In this document: positions 50,079 to 59,465 of the stretch, piece after piece
Layout of the letters: every line of letters starts with the position of its first letter
Position numbering within the stretch: the first letter of the stretch is position 1
DNA from: Candidatus Bathyarchaeota archaeon
Lineage (GTDB): Archaea > Thermoproteota > Bathyarchaeia > Bathyarchaeales > Bathycorpusculaceae
Length of the DNA: 64,000 nt
Direction: 5' to 3'
Assembly: GCA_963715865.1 (NCBI GenBank)
Contig: OY970280.1
Span: 2,080,001-2,144,000 of the forward strand
Translations under genes and position numbers: made by a program
Notes under the pieces: model-generated
The model's input: the letters and a program-made list of their open reading frames with translations, nothing else
What the model was told of the DNA's origin: nothing
Databases searched by the model: none

Positions 50079-51308
50079 TTACGAGAACAATTTTAGAGTT
50101 ATGAAGGCAATCAAGAAAACTACAGCGGCAACTAGGAAAGTTGGTAGATAATTCAAGTGTGTAGCAAGGAAAGGTCCAAGGAAGGAGCCTACTGCTGCGC
50201 CTAAGCCGACGAGCCCGTCGAAAAAGCCTGTTTTTCCCTCAGGTATAAGCTCCATTGAAAGGGAAAGCATCATAATATAGTACATGGCATACGCGAAGCC
50301 GATGAAAATTAGAAAAATCCCAGTCAGGATCGTAGGTGAAAAAGCAAACTCAATAACGCCCACGAAGGCAAAAATGAGGAGGCTTCGTAAGAGCACAAAG
50401 CGCGGCATTTGTTTTCTTATATCCATCGTTCTTGCCCGGCCACGAATTAAAAAGTAACCCGCTGTTGCCCCAACCGAGTTTAGAATGTATGCGAAGTATA
50501 CCATAGACTGCTGCCCGCCAAAAAGTCCTTTTAGATATATTGGTAGCGGCGTAAAGAAGAGGCTTGATGCAAGAGAAAACATCACTATTGCCAAGGCAAA
50601 CCCAAGAAAACTATCTTCTTTAAGCGAACCATCCCAGCGCAATCCATCCATAAGCCTAGATGAGGATTCTACGCCACGATAGGTGTAATCTATCCTTCTC
50701 TCTATGCCTACTAAGCGCCTTTCAAAAATCATCAATGGGTCGGCAATAAGCAATATGGATAAGACGAATGCAGTCACACTCAAGCCACTGCAAAGATACA
50801 GAGTGTAAGTTGACAAAGTAGCAATGCTAAGACTCGATGCAAACGCGAATAATCCAATGGCTAGACCAACAATGAAGCCGATTTCTGTGAGCCCCTCATA
50901 AAAGCCGTAGGATTTTTCCCAGTCATCGCGGCTATAATGCTCGGCGATAAGCACGTTTTTGGGCGATTCGTGTGCTACATGGAGCATTTGCATGACAACA
51001 TACAAGACAACAAATAGAAGGATGTTTTGGGCAAATGGAAGCGTCATAAGGAAGAGAATAACCGCTGACGAAAGGAAAGAAAGAAGAATAAACACTTTGT
51101 AATGTCTCGTGGCGTCACAAAGGTACCCCCATAGGAACGAGGCAGGAATGGAGCAGAATATGGCGATTGACGTCATGACTCCCAGAGCAACCAGCGGCCC
51201 ACCTAGGATGCTGGTGTTTTTGAAAGCTACCACGTACAGCGGTATGAAGACGCTTAGTAATCCGAACGCTATCTCGTGAAAGAAGAACCCTAGCCGCCAC
51301 ATAGCCAA
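50079..51308 (-). CDS. MFS transporter
   Basis: About 12 hydrophobic helices, WGYLCDA..HYK motif A-like loop. Confidence 0.85.
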   Translation of the reverse strand: MAMWRLGFFFHEIAFGLLSVFIPLYVVAFKNTSILGGPLVALGVMTSIAIFCSIPASFLWGYLCDATRHYKVFILLSFLSSAVILFLMTLPFAQNILLFVVLYVVMQMLHVAHESPKNVLIAEHYSRDDWEKSYGFYEGLTEIGFIVGLAIGLFAFASSLSIATLSTYTLYLCSGLSVTAFVLSILLIADPLMIFERRLVGIERRIDYTYRGVESSSRLMDGLRWDGSLKEDSFLGFALAIVMFSLASSLFFTPLPIYLKGLFGGQQSMVYFAYILNSVGATAGYFLIRGRARTMDIRKQMPRFVLLRSLLIFAFVGVIEFAFSPTILTGIFLIFIGFAYAMYYIMMLSLSMELIPEGKTGFFDGLVGLGAAVGSFLGPFLATHLNYLPTFLVAAVVFLIAFITLKLFS

Positions 51309-51449
51309 AGGACGACTTCAAAGCTAAATTAAAACGTTTACCTGAATAATCTTAACTCATTTAAAAGGTAGGCATAGAGACAACATTTTTCATAAATCCT
51401 TAATAGAGAGTTGCCCAACTTCATACTCCGCTGGAGAGTTAATCAGCAA

Positions 51450-51842
51450 ATGGCAAAGTTTAAGATAATAGTATCCGATCCAGAAGCAGGAACTTCAAAA
51501 GTTGTTGAGCTTGAAGAAGCACGGGCAGTACCGTTCATTGGTAGAAGAATTGGCGAAATAATCGATGGCGCAGTAGTAGATTTACCAGCGCATAAAGTGC
51601 AAATAATGGGCGGCTCCGACAAAGATGGCGTCCCCATGAGAGGAAACGTTCATGGTGGCGTTCGCCGAAATGTTGTGCTTAGCGGTGGAGCGGGCTTTAG
51701 CCCTAAGAAAAAAGGAGAAAGAAAACGTAAAGCAGTTCGAGGAAGCACAATAACAGATGAAATCGTGCAGATTAACATGAAAATTGTTGAAAAACCAGCC
51801 GCAAAAGCAACTGAAGCCAAAGCTCAACAAGCTGCAAAATAA
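51450..51842 (+). CDS. rps6e: 30S ribosomal protein S6e
   Basis: FKIIVSDP..GGSDKDGVPMR..GERKRKAVRG. Confidence 0.95.
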   Translation: MAKFKIIVSDPEAGTSKVVELEEARAVPFIGRRIGEIIDGAVVDLPAHKVQIMGGSDKDGVPMRGNVHGGVRRNVVLSGGAGFSPKKKGERKRKAVRGSTITDEIVQINMKIVEKPAAKATEAKAQQAAK

Positions 51843-51935
51843 GCACCAATTTGATGAAGTACATGCTTAAAACTTATAAACTTCCATAATTAATTCTTCC
51901 ATAATTCATCAGATTTATGTAAGAAGAAGAATAAC

Positions 51936-53186
51936 ATGAGTAACACTAGTAAAGCCTTGCCTAAGCAGCCAGAAGTCAACATCGGCACCATAGGCCACGT
52001 GGACCATGGGAAAACAACACTGGTGCAAGCATTAACTGGCGTTTGGGCGTCAAGGCATAGCGAAGAACTCAAAAGAGGCATCACCATAAAACTGGGCTAT
52101 GCGGACATGCCAATTTACAAGTGCCCAAAATGCGAGCCTCCAAAAAACTATACAGTTAAGCCTTATTGTGAAGGCTGTAATTCTGAAGCAGAATTTGTTC
52201 GAGCTATAAGTTTTGTTGACGCACCAGGGCATGAAGCGTTAATGGCTACTATGCTTTCTGGTGCAGCCATAATGGATGGCGCGATTTTGGTTATTGCAGC
52301 TGATGAGCCGTGTCCTCAACCGCAGACACGAGAGCACCTTGCAGCTGCTGAAGTTAGCGGCATAAAGAATTTGATTATTGTTCAGAACAAGATTGACATT
52401 GTAGATGAGAAAAGAGCGCTAGAAAGCTATAAAGAAATCAAAAACTTCGTTAAGGGCACAGTGGCCGAGAAGGCGCCGATTATTCCAATCTCAGCTCAGC
52501 GTGGAATAAACATTGACGTGCTGCTTGGCGCTATTGAAACAATTATTCCTTCGCCGAAGAGGGATGAAACCAAGCCGCCGCTCATGTATATTGTTCGCTC
52601 TTTTGACGTTAACAAGCCTGGAACCGCCATTGAGGAGCTGGAAGGCGGCATCATCGGTGGAACCATAGCTCAAGGAAAATTTGCTGTTGGAGAAGAAATA
52701 GAAATTCGCCCAGGAATCAGCGTTGAAAGAGAAGGCAAAACCGTTTACGACCCATTAATCAGCGAAATAGTTAGTTTGCATGCTGGCGAAGGAAGCGTGA
52801 AAGAAGCCACTTGCGGAGGTCTGGTTGGAGTAGGAACCTTACTGGACCCATCATATTCAAAAGCAGACGGCTTAACAGGCAGCATCGCTGGGAAAGCAGG
52901 AATGCTTCCGCCAACATTGACAGAGCTTACTTTGGAAACTCACGTTTTGGAGAGAGCGGTGGGAACAAAAGAGCTTTTGAAGGTTGAAAAATTTAATCCT
53001 GATGAAGTATTGTTGCTTCATGTTGGTGCCGCCGTGAACGTTGGCAAAGTTGTTTCAATAAAGCAAAACGTGATTAAAGTTAAGTTGACTAGGCCGATTT
53101 GCGCTTTGCCAGATTCCAGAGTTGCCATTAGCAGGAAAATTACTGCTCGTTGGAGACTTATTGGATACGGGCTCATAGTAAAGTAG
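51936..53186 (+). CDS. eif2g: Translation initiation factor 2 gamma subunit
   Basis: GHVDHGKTT, RGITIKLGY, DAPGHE, NKID, RSFDVNKPG, WRLIGYG. Confidence 0.97.
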   Translation: MSNTSKALPKQPEVNIGTIGHVDHGKTTLVQALTGVWASRHSEELKRGITIKLGYADMPIYKCPKCEPPKNYTVKPYCEGCNSEAEFVRAISFVDAPGHEALMATMLSGAAIMDGAILVIAADEPCPQPQTREHLAAAEVSGIKNLIIVQNKIDIVDEKRALESYKEIKNFVKGTVAEKAPIIPISAQRGINIDVLLGAIETIIPSPKRDETKPPLMYIVRSFDVNKPGTAIEELEGGIIGGTIAQGKFAVGEEIEIRPGISVEREGKTVYDPLISEIVSLHAGEGSVKEATCGGLVGVGTLLDPSYSKADGLTGSIAGKAGMLPPTLTELTLETHVLERAVGTKELLKVEKFNPDEVLLLHVGAAVNVGKVVSIKQNVIKVKLTRPICALPDSRVAISRKITARWRLIGYGLIVK

Positions 53187-53194
53187 GCAACTGT

Positions 53195-53632
53195 TTATTC
53201 TGTAGGTTTTATTATGCCCGTTTTCTTTAAGAAATCGTGTGCTTTTTGCAATACGTCCTTAGCGTTTTTGAAGGTTAGTTTTTCCATGGCATGCTGGTAG
53301 TCTAGCCAGGCGTAGTCTATGTGCTCGAAGGACAACTGTACTTTATCAGTGTACGCTTCTATTAGGAAGAATACGACTTCTTTGTGGATTGTTAAGCCTT
53401 GCCGCCTGTAAAAGTAAGCGATTGTTTCTTTGAAGCCATCTATGAATTGGGCGTTGGTTATGCTTGTTTCCTCTTTTAGTTCACGAATAACTGTTTCTTT
53501 TTCGCTTTCATTTGGTTCAACATTGCCCTTAACAAAATCCCAATGTCCCGCTTCATAATTGAGAAGAAGATAATCTGTAGAGGCATCTTTTTTTATGAAT
53601 ACTACTGCACCACAAGATTTCTCACGGAGCAT
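53195..53632 (-). CDS. NUDIX hydrolase (Ap4A hydrolase-like)
   Basis: GHWDFVKGNVEPNESEKETVIRELKEET Nudix box; LSFEH..YAW. Confidence 0.92.
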   Translation of the reverse strand: MLREKSCGAVVFIKKDASTDYLLLNYEAGHWDFVKGNVEPNESEKETVIRELKEETSITNAQFIDGFKETIAYFYRRQGLTIHKEVVFFLIEAYTDKVQLSFEHIDYAWLDYQHAMEKLTFKNAKDVLQKAHDFLKKTGIIKPTE

Positions 53633-53788
53633 AAATTCACCTGACTGTTGCTCAATTCATTTACTTAAGGTATTTAAAGTGATAGTAATATCAAGACTAT
53701 GCTGTATCCTATCAAGTGCGAGAAAAATTTTTTGTGAAAATTTTTAAGCACGCAAAATAAACGTTTAAGGAATCAGGAGCCATGCCAA

Positions 53789-54211
53789 GTGTCCGCTTCA
53801 CCTAAGAGAAATGAACCGTTAAAAGTTATTTTGGATTCAAACGCATTATTTGTTCCGCTTAAGTTTAAACTTGATATTTTTGTGGAAGTTGAGCGTTTGT
53901 TGAATCGGAATGTTGATTTTGTTTTGCTTTCGCCTGTTAAACGCGAACTTGAACTTCTCGCCGCGAAGGATTCGCCTAAAATTCGTAGGGGAGCTGTTTA
54001 CGCGTTGAAGCTCGCCGAAAAATGCAGGTACGTTGCAGTTGATGACGATGAAAAGTTGCAAACTGACGATGTTATAGTTAAGGTGGCTAAAGCTTGGAAT
54101 TCGCCTGTGTTTACCAACGATAGGCAATTACGGAGGAGGCTAAGAAATATAAGTGTGCCAGTGATTTATGTGAGACAAAAATCGCGCTTAGAGATTGAAG
54201 GATTGATATAA
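53789..54211 (+). CDS. PIN domain protein (Fcf1/Utp24-like)
   Basis: VILDSNAL, V..EL, TDD.I, VFTND..LR.RL....VPVIY.R. Confidence 0.9.
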   Translation: MSASPKRNEPLKVILDSNALFVPLKFKLDIFVEVERLLNRNVDFVLLSPVKRELELLAAKDSPKIRRGAVYALKLAEKCRYVAVDDDEKLQTDDVIVKVAKAWNSPVFTNDRQLRRRLRNISVPVIYVRQKSRLEIEGLI

Positions 54212-54213
54212 CT

Positions 54214-54801
54214 ATGTTTAAGCTCATAACACTACAGGATACTATCCGCATTCCGCCCGAAACCTTCGGCAACCCTTTGGAAAAAGTGGGCCGTGAACAG
54301 GTTAAACAGAAGTATGAAGGAATCGTAGATGAGGAATTAGGGTACGTAATTGCAGTTACAAGTATAGAGGTAAGCCCTATTGGCAAAATAATTCCAGGCG
54401 ACGGAGCAACCTACCATAAAGTATCGTTCTCACTGTTAACGTTCTACCCGATAATTCAGGAAGTTGTGGAGGGAGATGTGGTTGAAATCGCAGATTTCGG
54501 CGCGTTCGTACGCATCGGACCAGTTGACGCGCTACTTCATGTTTCACAACTTATGGATGACTACATCTCTTATGATGAAAAGCAAGGAGTGTTGCTTGGA
54601 AAAGAAACTAAAAGAAAACTAACAGCAGGCGACCAAGTGCGCGTTAGAATAACCGCGGTTTCGCTTGGCAGAGCTGGAAGTTCAGGAAAAATCGGCGTCA
54701 CCGCAAGACAACCATCCTTAGGTAAACTTGAATGGTTAAAGATGGAGACACCTGAGGCGTCTCAGAAGAAACCAGCTGAAGGTAAAGAAAAAGAAGAATA
54801 A
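54214..54801 (+). CDS. rpo7: RNA polymerase subunit Rpo7 (RpoE')
   Basis: IRIPPE.FG, GDGATYH, FGAFVRIGPVDALLHVSQ. Confidence 0.96.
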   Translation: MFKLITLQDTIRIPPETFGNPLEKVGREQVKQKYEGIVDEELGYVIAVTSIEVSPIGKIIPGDGATYHKVSFSLLTFYPIIQEVVEGDVVEIADFGAFVRIGPVDALLHVSQLMDDYISYDEKQGVLLGKETKRKLTAGDQVRVRITAVSLGRAGSSGKIGVTARQPSLGKLEWLKMETPEASQKKPAEGKEKEE

Positions 54802-54818
54802 ATCAGGAGTGGATTTGA

Positions 54819-55004
54819 ATGAATGAGAAAGCATGTACAAACTGTCATTTTATAACTAAAGAAAACGTATGCCCCAAATGTAAATCGACAAGTTTTAGCG
54901 AAGACTACAGCGGCTTAGTGGTTATGTTTGACCCGGAAAACTCCGCTATCGCAAAAGCTATGAACATAAAAGAAAAAGGCAAATACGCTCTAAAAGTGCG
55001 GTAA
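54819..55004 (+). CDS. spt4: Transcription elongation factor Spt4
   Basis: KACTNCH..CPKC..SEDYSG..DPENS.IA..GKYALKVR. Confidence 0.95.
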   Translation: MNEKACTNCHFITKENVCPKCKSTSFSEDYSGLVVMFDPENSAIAKAMNIKEKGKYALKVR

Positions 55005-55071
55005 TCCGTAAAGAGATAGCGCGGTAACTTCATAACATACCAAGTCTTTCTATTCGGTAAGGTTTGAGACA

Positions 55072-55620
55072 ATGACTGTAGCTTACAGTGTTACACCGGA
55101 GCTACGCACGAAATTCAAGGAACCATTTGGCACCCTAATTCAAGGCTCATTCGACGAAACAATGAGTAAAATGAAAGAACTAATTGAGAAGGAAAAGCCG
55201 CCAAAGGTAATTTCAGTCGGAGATGTCGTCTCACGCAACTTACATGAACATAATATTCACCCTCAACTTACCATAATCGATAATAAATTTCTCAGAAAAC
55301 AAACCATGCCCGAAAAAGCTTCAGTAGAAAAAACGGTTCACGTGAATAATCCCAAAGGAACAATAACACATGAAGCAATCTTAGCAATCAATGAAGCCTT
55401 AGAAAAAAACGAGCACACGCACATTGTCGTTGATGGCGAGGAAGATTTACTTACACTCATAGCCGTTTTAAACGCTCCAGAAAACGCTGTTGTTGTTTAT
55501 GGGCAACCGTATTCGGGCATTGTTGTCGTTAAGGTTACGTCGGAAAAAAAAGCTGAGGCTCGGCAATTCCTAAAAGCTATGAAACCCTTCGAAAAGCTAA
55601 ATAAGAAGAAAACTGTATGA
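55072..55620 (+). CDS. GTP-dependent dephospho-CoA kinase (DUF359)
   Basis: LKEP-like KEPFG, SVGDVVS, NPKGTI, VDGEEDLL, VVYGQP. Confidence 0.9.
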   Translation: MTVAYSVTPELRTKFKEPFGTLIQGSFDETMSKMKELIEKEKPPKVISVGDVVSRNLHEHNIHPQLTIIDNKFLRKQTMPEKASVEKTVHVNNPKGTITHEAILAINEALEKNEHTHIVVDGEEDLLTLIAVLNAPENAVVVYGQPYSGIVVVKVTSEKKAEARQFLKAMKPFEKLNKKKTV

Positions 55621-55643
55621 ACTTACGCCTTAAGTGAATATTA

Positions 55644-55955
55644 ATGCAAGTCAAAATAGATTCAACCAAGGATAACCCGCTTCTGAAACGAAAAGAAGTA
55701 GGCTTCACTATTATTCAAGGTCCAAAAGAGAAAACTCCCCAGAGGCTAGAAGTAAAGAAAGCTATAGCCATTGAAATGAAAATTGGTGATGAGGTAGTTT
55801 TCGTTAAGAGAATGCATACTAAAACGGGAACGAACATTACGCAGGGAGTTGCTAATGTGTACCAGACTGTTGAGCAAGCTAAACTAGTTGAACCTGAATA
55901 TATCAGGAAACGTAACAGTCCACCTGAAAAGCCCAAAGAAGAGGCGACGGCATAA
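55644..55955 (+). CDS. rps24e: 30S ribosomal protein S24e
   Basis: NPLLKRKEV..TP.R..T.TG..G.ANVY..EPEYI. Confidence 0.95.
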   Translation: MQVKIDSTKDNPLLKRKEVGFTIIQGPKEKTPQRLEVKKAIAIEMKIGDEVVFVKRMHTKTGTNITQGVANVYQTVEQAKLVEPEYIRKRNSPPEKPKEEATA

Positions 55956-56251
55956 TGTCCAAGAAAGTAGCAAAGAAAGAAGACCCAGCAGCAGCACCAA
56001 AGAAGGAAGAGGCAAAACCAGCGGCAGCGGCGGAAGCAGCGCCAGCGGCGAAACCTCAGAAAGCTGAGAAAAAAAGGGAAAAGAAACACCGAGAGGAAAA
56101 AGGAGTTCACGCAATGTACAAAATAGAAGGAAACAAAGTCGCTAGGGCACGCCCAACCTGCGAGCGATGTGGACCTGGATACTTTATGGCAGACCACAAT
56201 GACAGGTACACTTGCGGGCACTGCGGTTTTACAAGGTATAAGCAGAAATAA
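55955..56251 (+). CDS. rps27ae: 30S ribosomal protein S27ae (eS31) with Ala/Lys/Glu-rich N-terminal extension
   Basis: YKIEG.KV.R...CERCGPG.FMADH.DR.TCGHCG. Confidence 0.92.
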   Translation: MSKKVAKKEDPAAAPKKEEAKPAAAAEAAPAAKPQKAEKKREKKHREEKGVHAMYKIEGNKVARARPTCERCGPGYFMADHNDRYTCGHCGFTRYKQK

Positions 56252-56296
56252 ACAGTTTTAAATTCTCCTAGCACGATTAGGTTCTGATGACCCGTA

Positions 56297-56725
56297 ATGC
56301 TTAGAGTAAACGTGGTAATAACCAGCATTTCTGCTGAACGCTTTTGGGATATAAGGAAACCAATCCCGCCCATTCAGATAAATACCAATATCAACGTTGT
56401 CGGTATGGAAAAGAAGCAGGATGAATCTTTGGAAGTACCATTTGTTTTATCAATTGCCTATAATCCATCCATCGCTCAGATGAGTCTAAAAGGAAATGCT
56501 TACGTCACAGGCGAGAAAACTGAAGTTGACAAAGTTCTCAAAGAGTATGATCAAAAGAAGCCTCCAGCACCAATAATAATTCAATCGATTTCCAATGTTG
56601 TCTTCATTGAATCAGTGCTTATATCTAGAACATTGAACATTCCGCCGCCAATTCCGCTGCCGCAGATTCCTGAAGCTGGAAAACCGCCGAGCTCTAAACC
56701 TGAAGGAAGAGACTACAGCGCTTAA
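56297..56725 (+). CDS. Conserved archaeal hypothetical protein
   Basis: 142 aa, ends with IPPPIPLP motif; co-oriented with rps27ae. Confidence 0.7.
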   Translation: MLRVNVVITSISAERFWDIRKPIPPIQINTNINVVGMEKKQDESLEVPFVLSIAYNPSIAQMSLKGNAYVTGEKTEVDKVLKEYDQKKPPAPIIIQSISNVVFIESVLISRTLNIPPPIPLPQIPEAGKPPSSKPEGRDYSA

Positions 56726-56782
56726 CTGCCAATGTTCTTCAGAGGAACCCTTTAAATTTCCAAGCTACGGCATCAGCAATTT

Positions 56783-56977
56783 TTAGTTCAATTGGAAACT
56801 GAGAATGTGCACAGTAAAACCTTCTTCCTGCAGTGAAGCAGCTAAATACAAAAGGGAAAGTGGAACCTGTGGGTCAGGCGCTTTAAGTTTTCCTGGAAAA
56901 ACAAGCAAAACATCTCTTCGATTATCGCCGAAATATACGTTGCAAAAATGTGATAAACATGTCTGGGGATTAATCAA
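56783..56977 (-). pseudogene. N-terminal fragment of a B12-binding radical SAM protein
   Basis: DVLLVFPG...PLSLLYLAASLQEEGFTVHIL, then stop with no continuation in any frame before the convergent gene. Confidence 0.7.
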
Positions 56978-57178
56978 TCCTAAAAAGCCTCGCTAGTAAA
57001 CCATTCAGAATTGCCCTTTTAATCCTTCCTAATTTTTTTTAAAAAAAATGAAGTGCTACGTTTAGACCTATGGTCTGTTAGAACACTGTTTTGAGTAAGG
57101 AGTCTAGTAAATCCGGCAAAAGAGATTTTTGTATACGAAAGCATCAACGAAACAAAGTAAAAGTTGGAAAAAACGGGT

Positions 57179-57583
57179 TTATTTTAGCGGTACATACATT
57201 GAAGAGCGTGATGCACCGATACCTGGTGTTCCATGCCTAACAGGCTTGTTTGTTATCGCGAATTCGCCAAGGTAATGCCCAATCATTTCAGGTTTAATGT
57301 CGACTTTAACGAATTCTTTGCCGTTGTGCACACTGATTTTTGAGCCAACCATTTCTGGCAGAATAATGAGGTCGCGCACGTGAGTTTTAAGGTTGACTTC
57401 TTTGCCTTGTTTTTGAGCTTCTTTAGCTTCTCGCAACTTCTCCAGCAAAATGCGTTGTTCAGGAGTTAAACCTCTCTGCAAGCTTCTTCTTTGACGCGAA
57501 GGAAGCAAATTAATGAATTCATCCATAGACATGCCTATCAAACTATTCAAGCTGTGTCCACGGTAACTAAATTCTTTCGGCAT
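57179..57583 (-). CDS. rps19p: 30S ribosomal protein S19 (uS19)
   Basis: [36 protein letters not shown]. Confidence 0.97.
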   Translation of the reverse strand: MPKEFSYRGHSLNSLIGMSMDEFINLLPSRQRRSLQRGLTPEQRILLEKLREAKEAQKQGKEVNLKTHVRDLIILPEMVGSKISVHNGKEFVKVDIKPEMIGHYLGEFAITNKPVRHGTPGIGASRSSMYVPLK

Positions 57584-57637
57584 TTTTTATCTTCACCTTA
57601 AACTCATTCTTAAACGCTATAAACCTTCTGCCAATTC

Positions 57638-58378
57638 TTAACGGATTGCGCGCTTCTTTTTCTGTCCTGGACCTCTTGCAGCGATTAATCCAACTTTTTG
57701 TCCTGGTGGTGCGCCGTGAGACGTTGTTGTACATCTGCGAGCGCTTCGTTTACTGCTACCGTATGGGTGGCAAGCGGGAACCATTTTTCGTCCGCTAGTT
57801 CTTGGATACTTGTGACCTTTAGCTTTCATCCAATGGAATTTCGCGCCTGCCTTCAGGAAAGGCTTCTCGATTCTTCCAGAGGCAGAAACGACACCTATAG
57901 TTGTCAAGCAGTAATCATTAACGTATCTTGTTCGCCCTGAAGGCAACCGTATCATTGTGCCTTGTGGAGTGTGACCGACAACAGTTGCGTAAGCACCTGA
58001 AGATTTCGCCATTTTGCCACCATCGCCTGGACGAAGTTCAAGGTCACAAACTATAGTTCCTTCAGGCACTTTTCCCAAAGGAAGAATGTTGCCTATTTCA
58101 GCTGTTGCTTTTCCACCGAAGCAAATTTGCTGTCCAGTGAATATACCTTCAGGAGTAACAGTGTAGCATGATAAACCATTTTCAAATTTCACTAAAGCTA
58201 ATGGTGCACCACGTCCTGGATCATGAACAAGGGAGTCTACAACACCGCTAATCGAAGCCTCAAAAGCTTCTTTAGGCGCTACTGCAGGATACTTCGCAGG
58301 AGCAACTCTCTTGTGCGTTGAAGCCCGCCAGTTTTGGCCACCGCGACCACGTCTTTGAACACGAATTCGTTTTCCCAT
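57638..58378 (-). CDS. rpl2p: 50S ribosomal protein L2 (uL2)
   Basis: MGKRI..QRRGRG, HDPGRGAPLA, RLPSG, GRIEKP, APPGQKVG. Confidence 0.96.
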   Translation of the reverse strand: MGKRIRVQRRGRGGQNWRASTHKRVAPAKYPAVAPKEAFEASISGVVDSLVHDPGRGAPLALVKFENGLSCYTVTPEGIFTGQQICFGGKATAEIGNILPLGKVPEGTIVCDLELRPGDGGKMAKSSGAYATVVGHTPQGTMIRLPSGRTRYVNDYCLTTIGVVSASGRIEKPFLKAGAKFHWMKAKGHKYPRTSGRKMVPACHPYGSSKRSARRCTTTSHGAPPGQKVGLIAARGPGQKKKRAIR

Positions 58379-58398
58379 AAGTCATGCCTTCAAATAAT

Positions 58399-58659
58399 TT
58401 ATAATATTCCAAGTTTAATAGCAACATCTGAAGCCTTGAATTCAGGAGTAAGTTTTACAAAGGCTTTTTTTACGCCTTGAGGAGTGATAAGCAAATTTAC
58501 TTTGCTTACTTTAACTTCGTAAAGTTGCTCAACAGCGCGTTTCACGTCGCTTTTGTCAGCTTTCAAGTTAACTATGAATATAAGCTTGTTATCTCGTTCA
58601 ACCATTAAACTTGCTGATTCCGTCATTAACGGGTGAGATATAACTTCGTTGACGTCCAT
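58399..58659 (-). CDS. rpl23: 50S ribosomal protein L23
   Basis: P.MTE, NKL.FIV, V.KVN, KKAFVKL. Confidence 0.96.
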   Translation of the reverse strand: MDVNEVISHPLMTESASLMVERDNKLIFIVNLKADKSDVKRAVEQLYEVKVSKVNLLITPQGVKKAFVKLTPEFKASDVAIKLGIL

Positions 58660-59453
58660 TATGCACTTTCTCCTTCACCGTAGAGTTTATCCAATCTTTC
58701 AATTGCGCCATTTGTCCACAACGTTAATCGTCCCGGATGAGTCCCTGGCGCCAACATTTCAGTATTAAGGTTAGCTACAGTAGTAACTTCAACGCCTGGA
58801 ACGTTACTTGCAGCGTTCGCTAAGCCTTTATTCTCAACCATCACAATAAGTGGTCCAACGGCTTGCTTCATTTTTCTGCCTCTGTGCTTGCCTTTGCCTG
58901 CGCGGATTTTTCGGCTGTCTCGCACTCGAGTAATGTCTTGTATGACGCCTAATTTTGTGAGGGCTTCCTCGACTTCTTTAGCCTTCGTTAAACCTTCGAT
59001 GGCATTGTCAACTATCAAGGGTATCTGAAGAGCATTGTCAATCCTGTGACCGCGTGAAGCTACCGTGTCTTTTTGTGCGGTGGCTGCAATCGCTGAAAAT
59101 AATGCTAATTTAGCCTCTTTCTTTGGGATGCTTTTTAGGATTTTCTTTTCGGCTCTTGGCGGATGAGGTTGCCTTCCTTTAACTGTGCTTGGGGCAAAAG
59201 CTGCTCTTCCTCCGCCGCCTTTAAGGCGGGGAACTCTTGAAATTCCGCCGCCTGTTCCGCGCGATTCTGCAGTGGTTCTTTTTCCAGCCATGGGGTCTCT
59301 GCCTTGAGGCTGCAGTCTGCTGGATTGTATGGCTAGTACTGCACGTTTTATCACGTCTGGTCTAAGCGGTGTTGAAAAAACGTTTGGAAGTGTTATTTTT
59401 CCTGTTGATTTGCCTTGAATGTCAAAGATTTTTGCGGTTTTCTGTTTTGCCAT
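58659..59453 (-). CDS. rpl4p: 50S ribosomal protein L4
   Basis: RPDVIKRA, AGKRTTAES.G.G, GGRAAF, LAPGTHPGRLTLWT. Confidence 0.96.
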   Translation of the reverse strand: MAKQKTAKIFDIQGKSTGKITLPNVFSTPLRPDVIKRAVLAIQSSRLQPQGRDPMAGKRTTAESRGTGGGISRVPRLKGGGGRAAFAPSTVKGRQPHPPRAEKKILKSIPKKEAKLALFSAIAATAQKDTVASRGHRIDNALQIPLIVDNAIEGLTKAKEVEEALTKLGVIQDITRVRDSRKIRAGKGKHRGRKMKQAVGPLIVMVENKGLANAASNVPGVEVTTVANLNTEMLAPGTHPGRLTLWTNGAIERLDKLYGEGESA

Positions 59454-59465
59454 GATTTTTCAACC

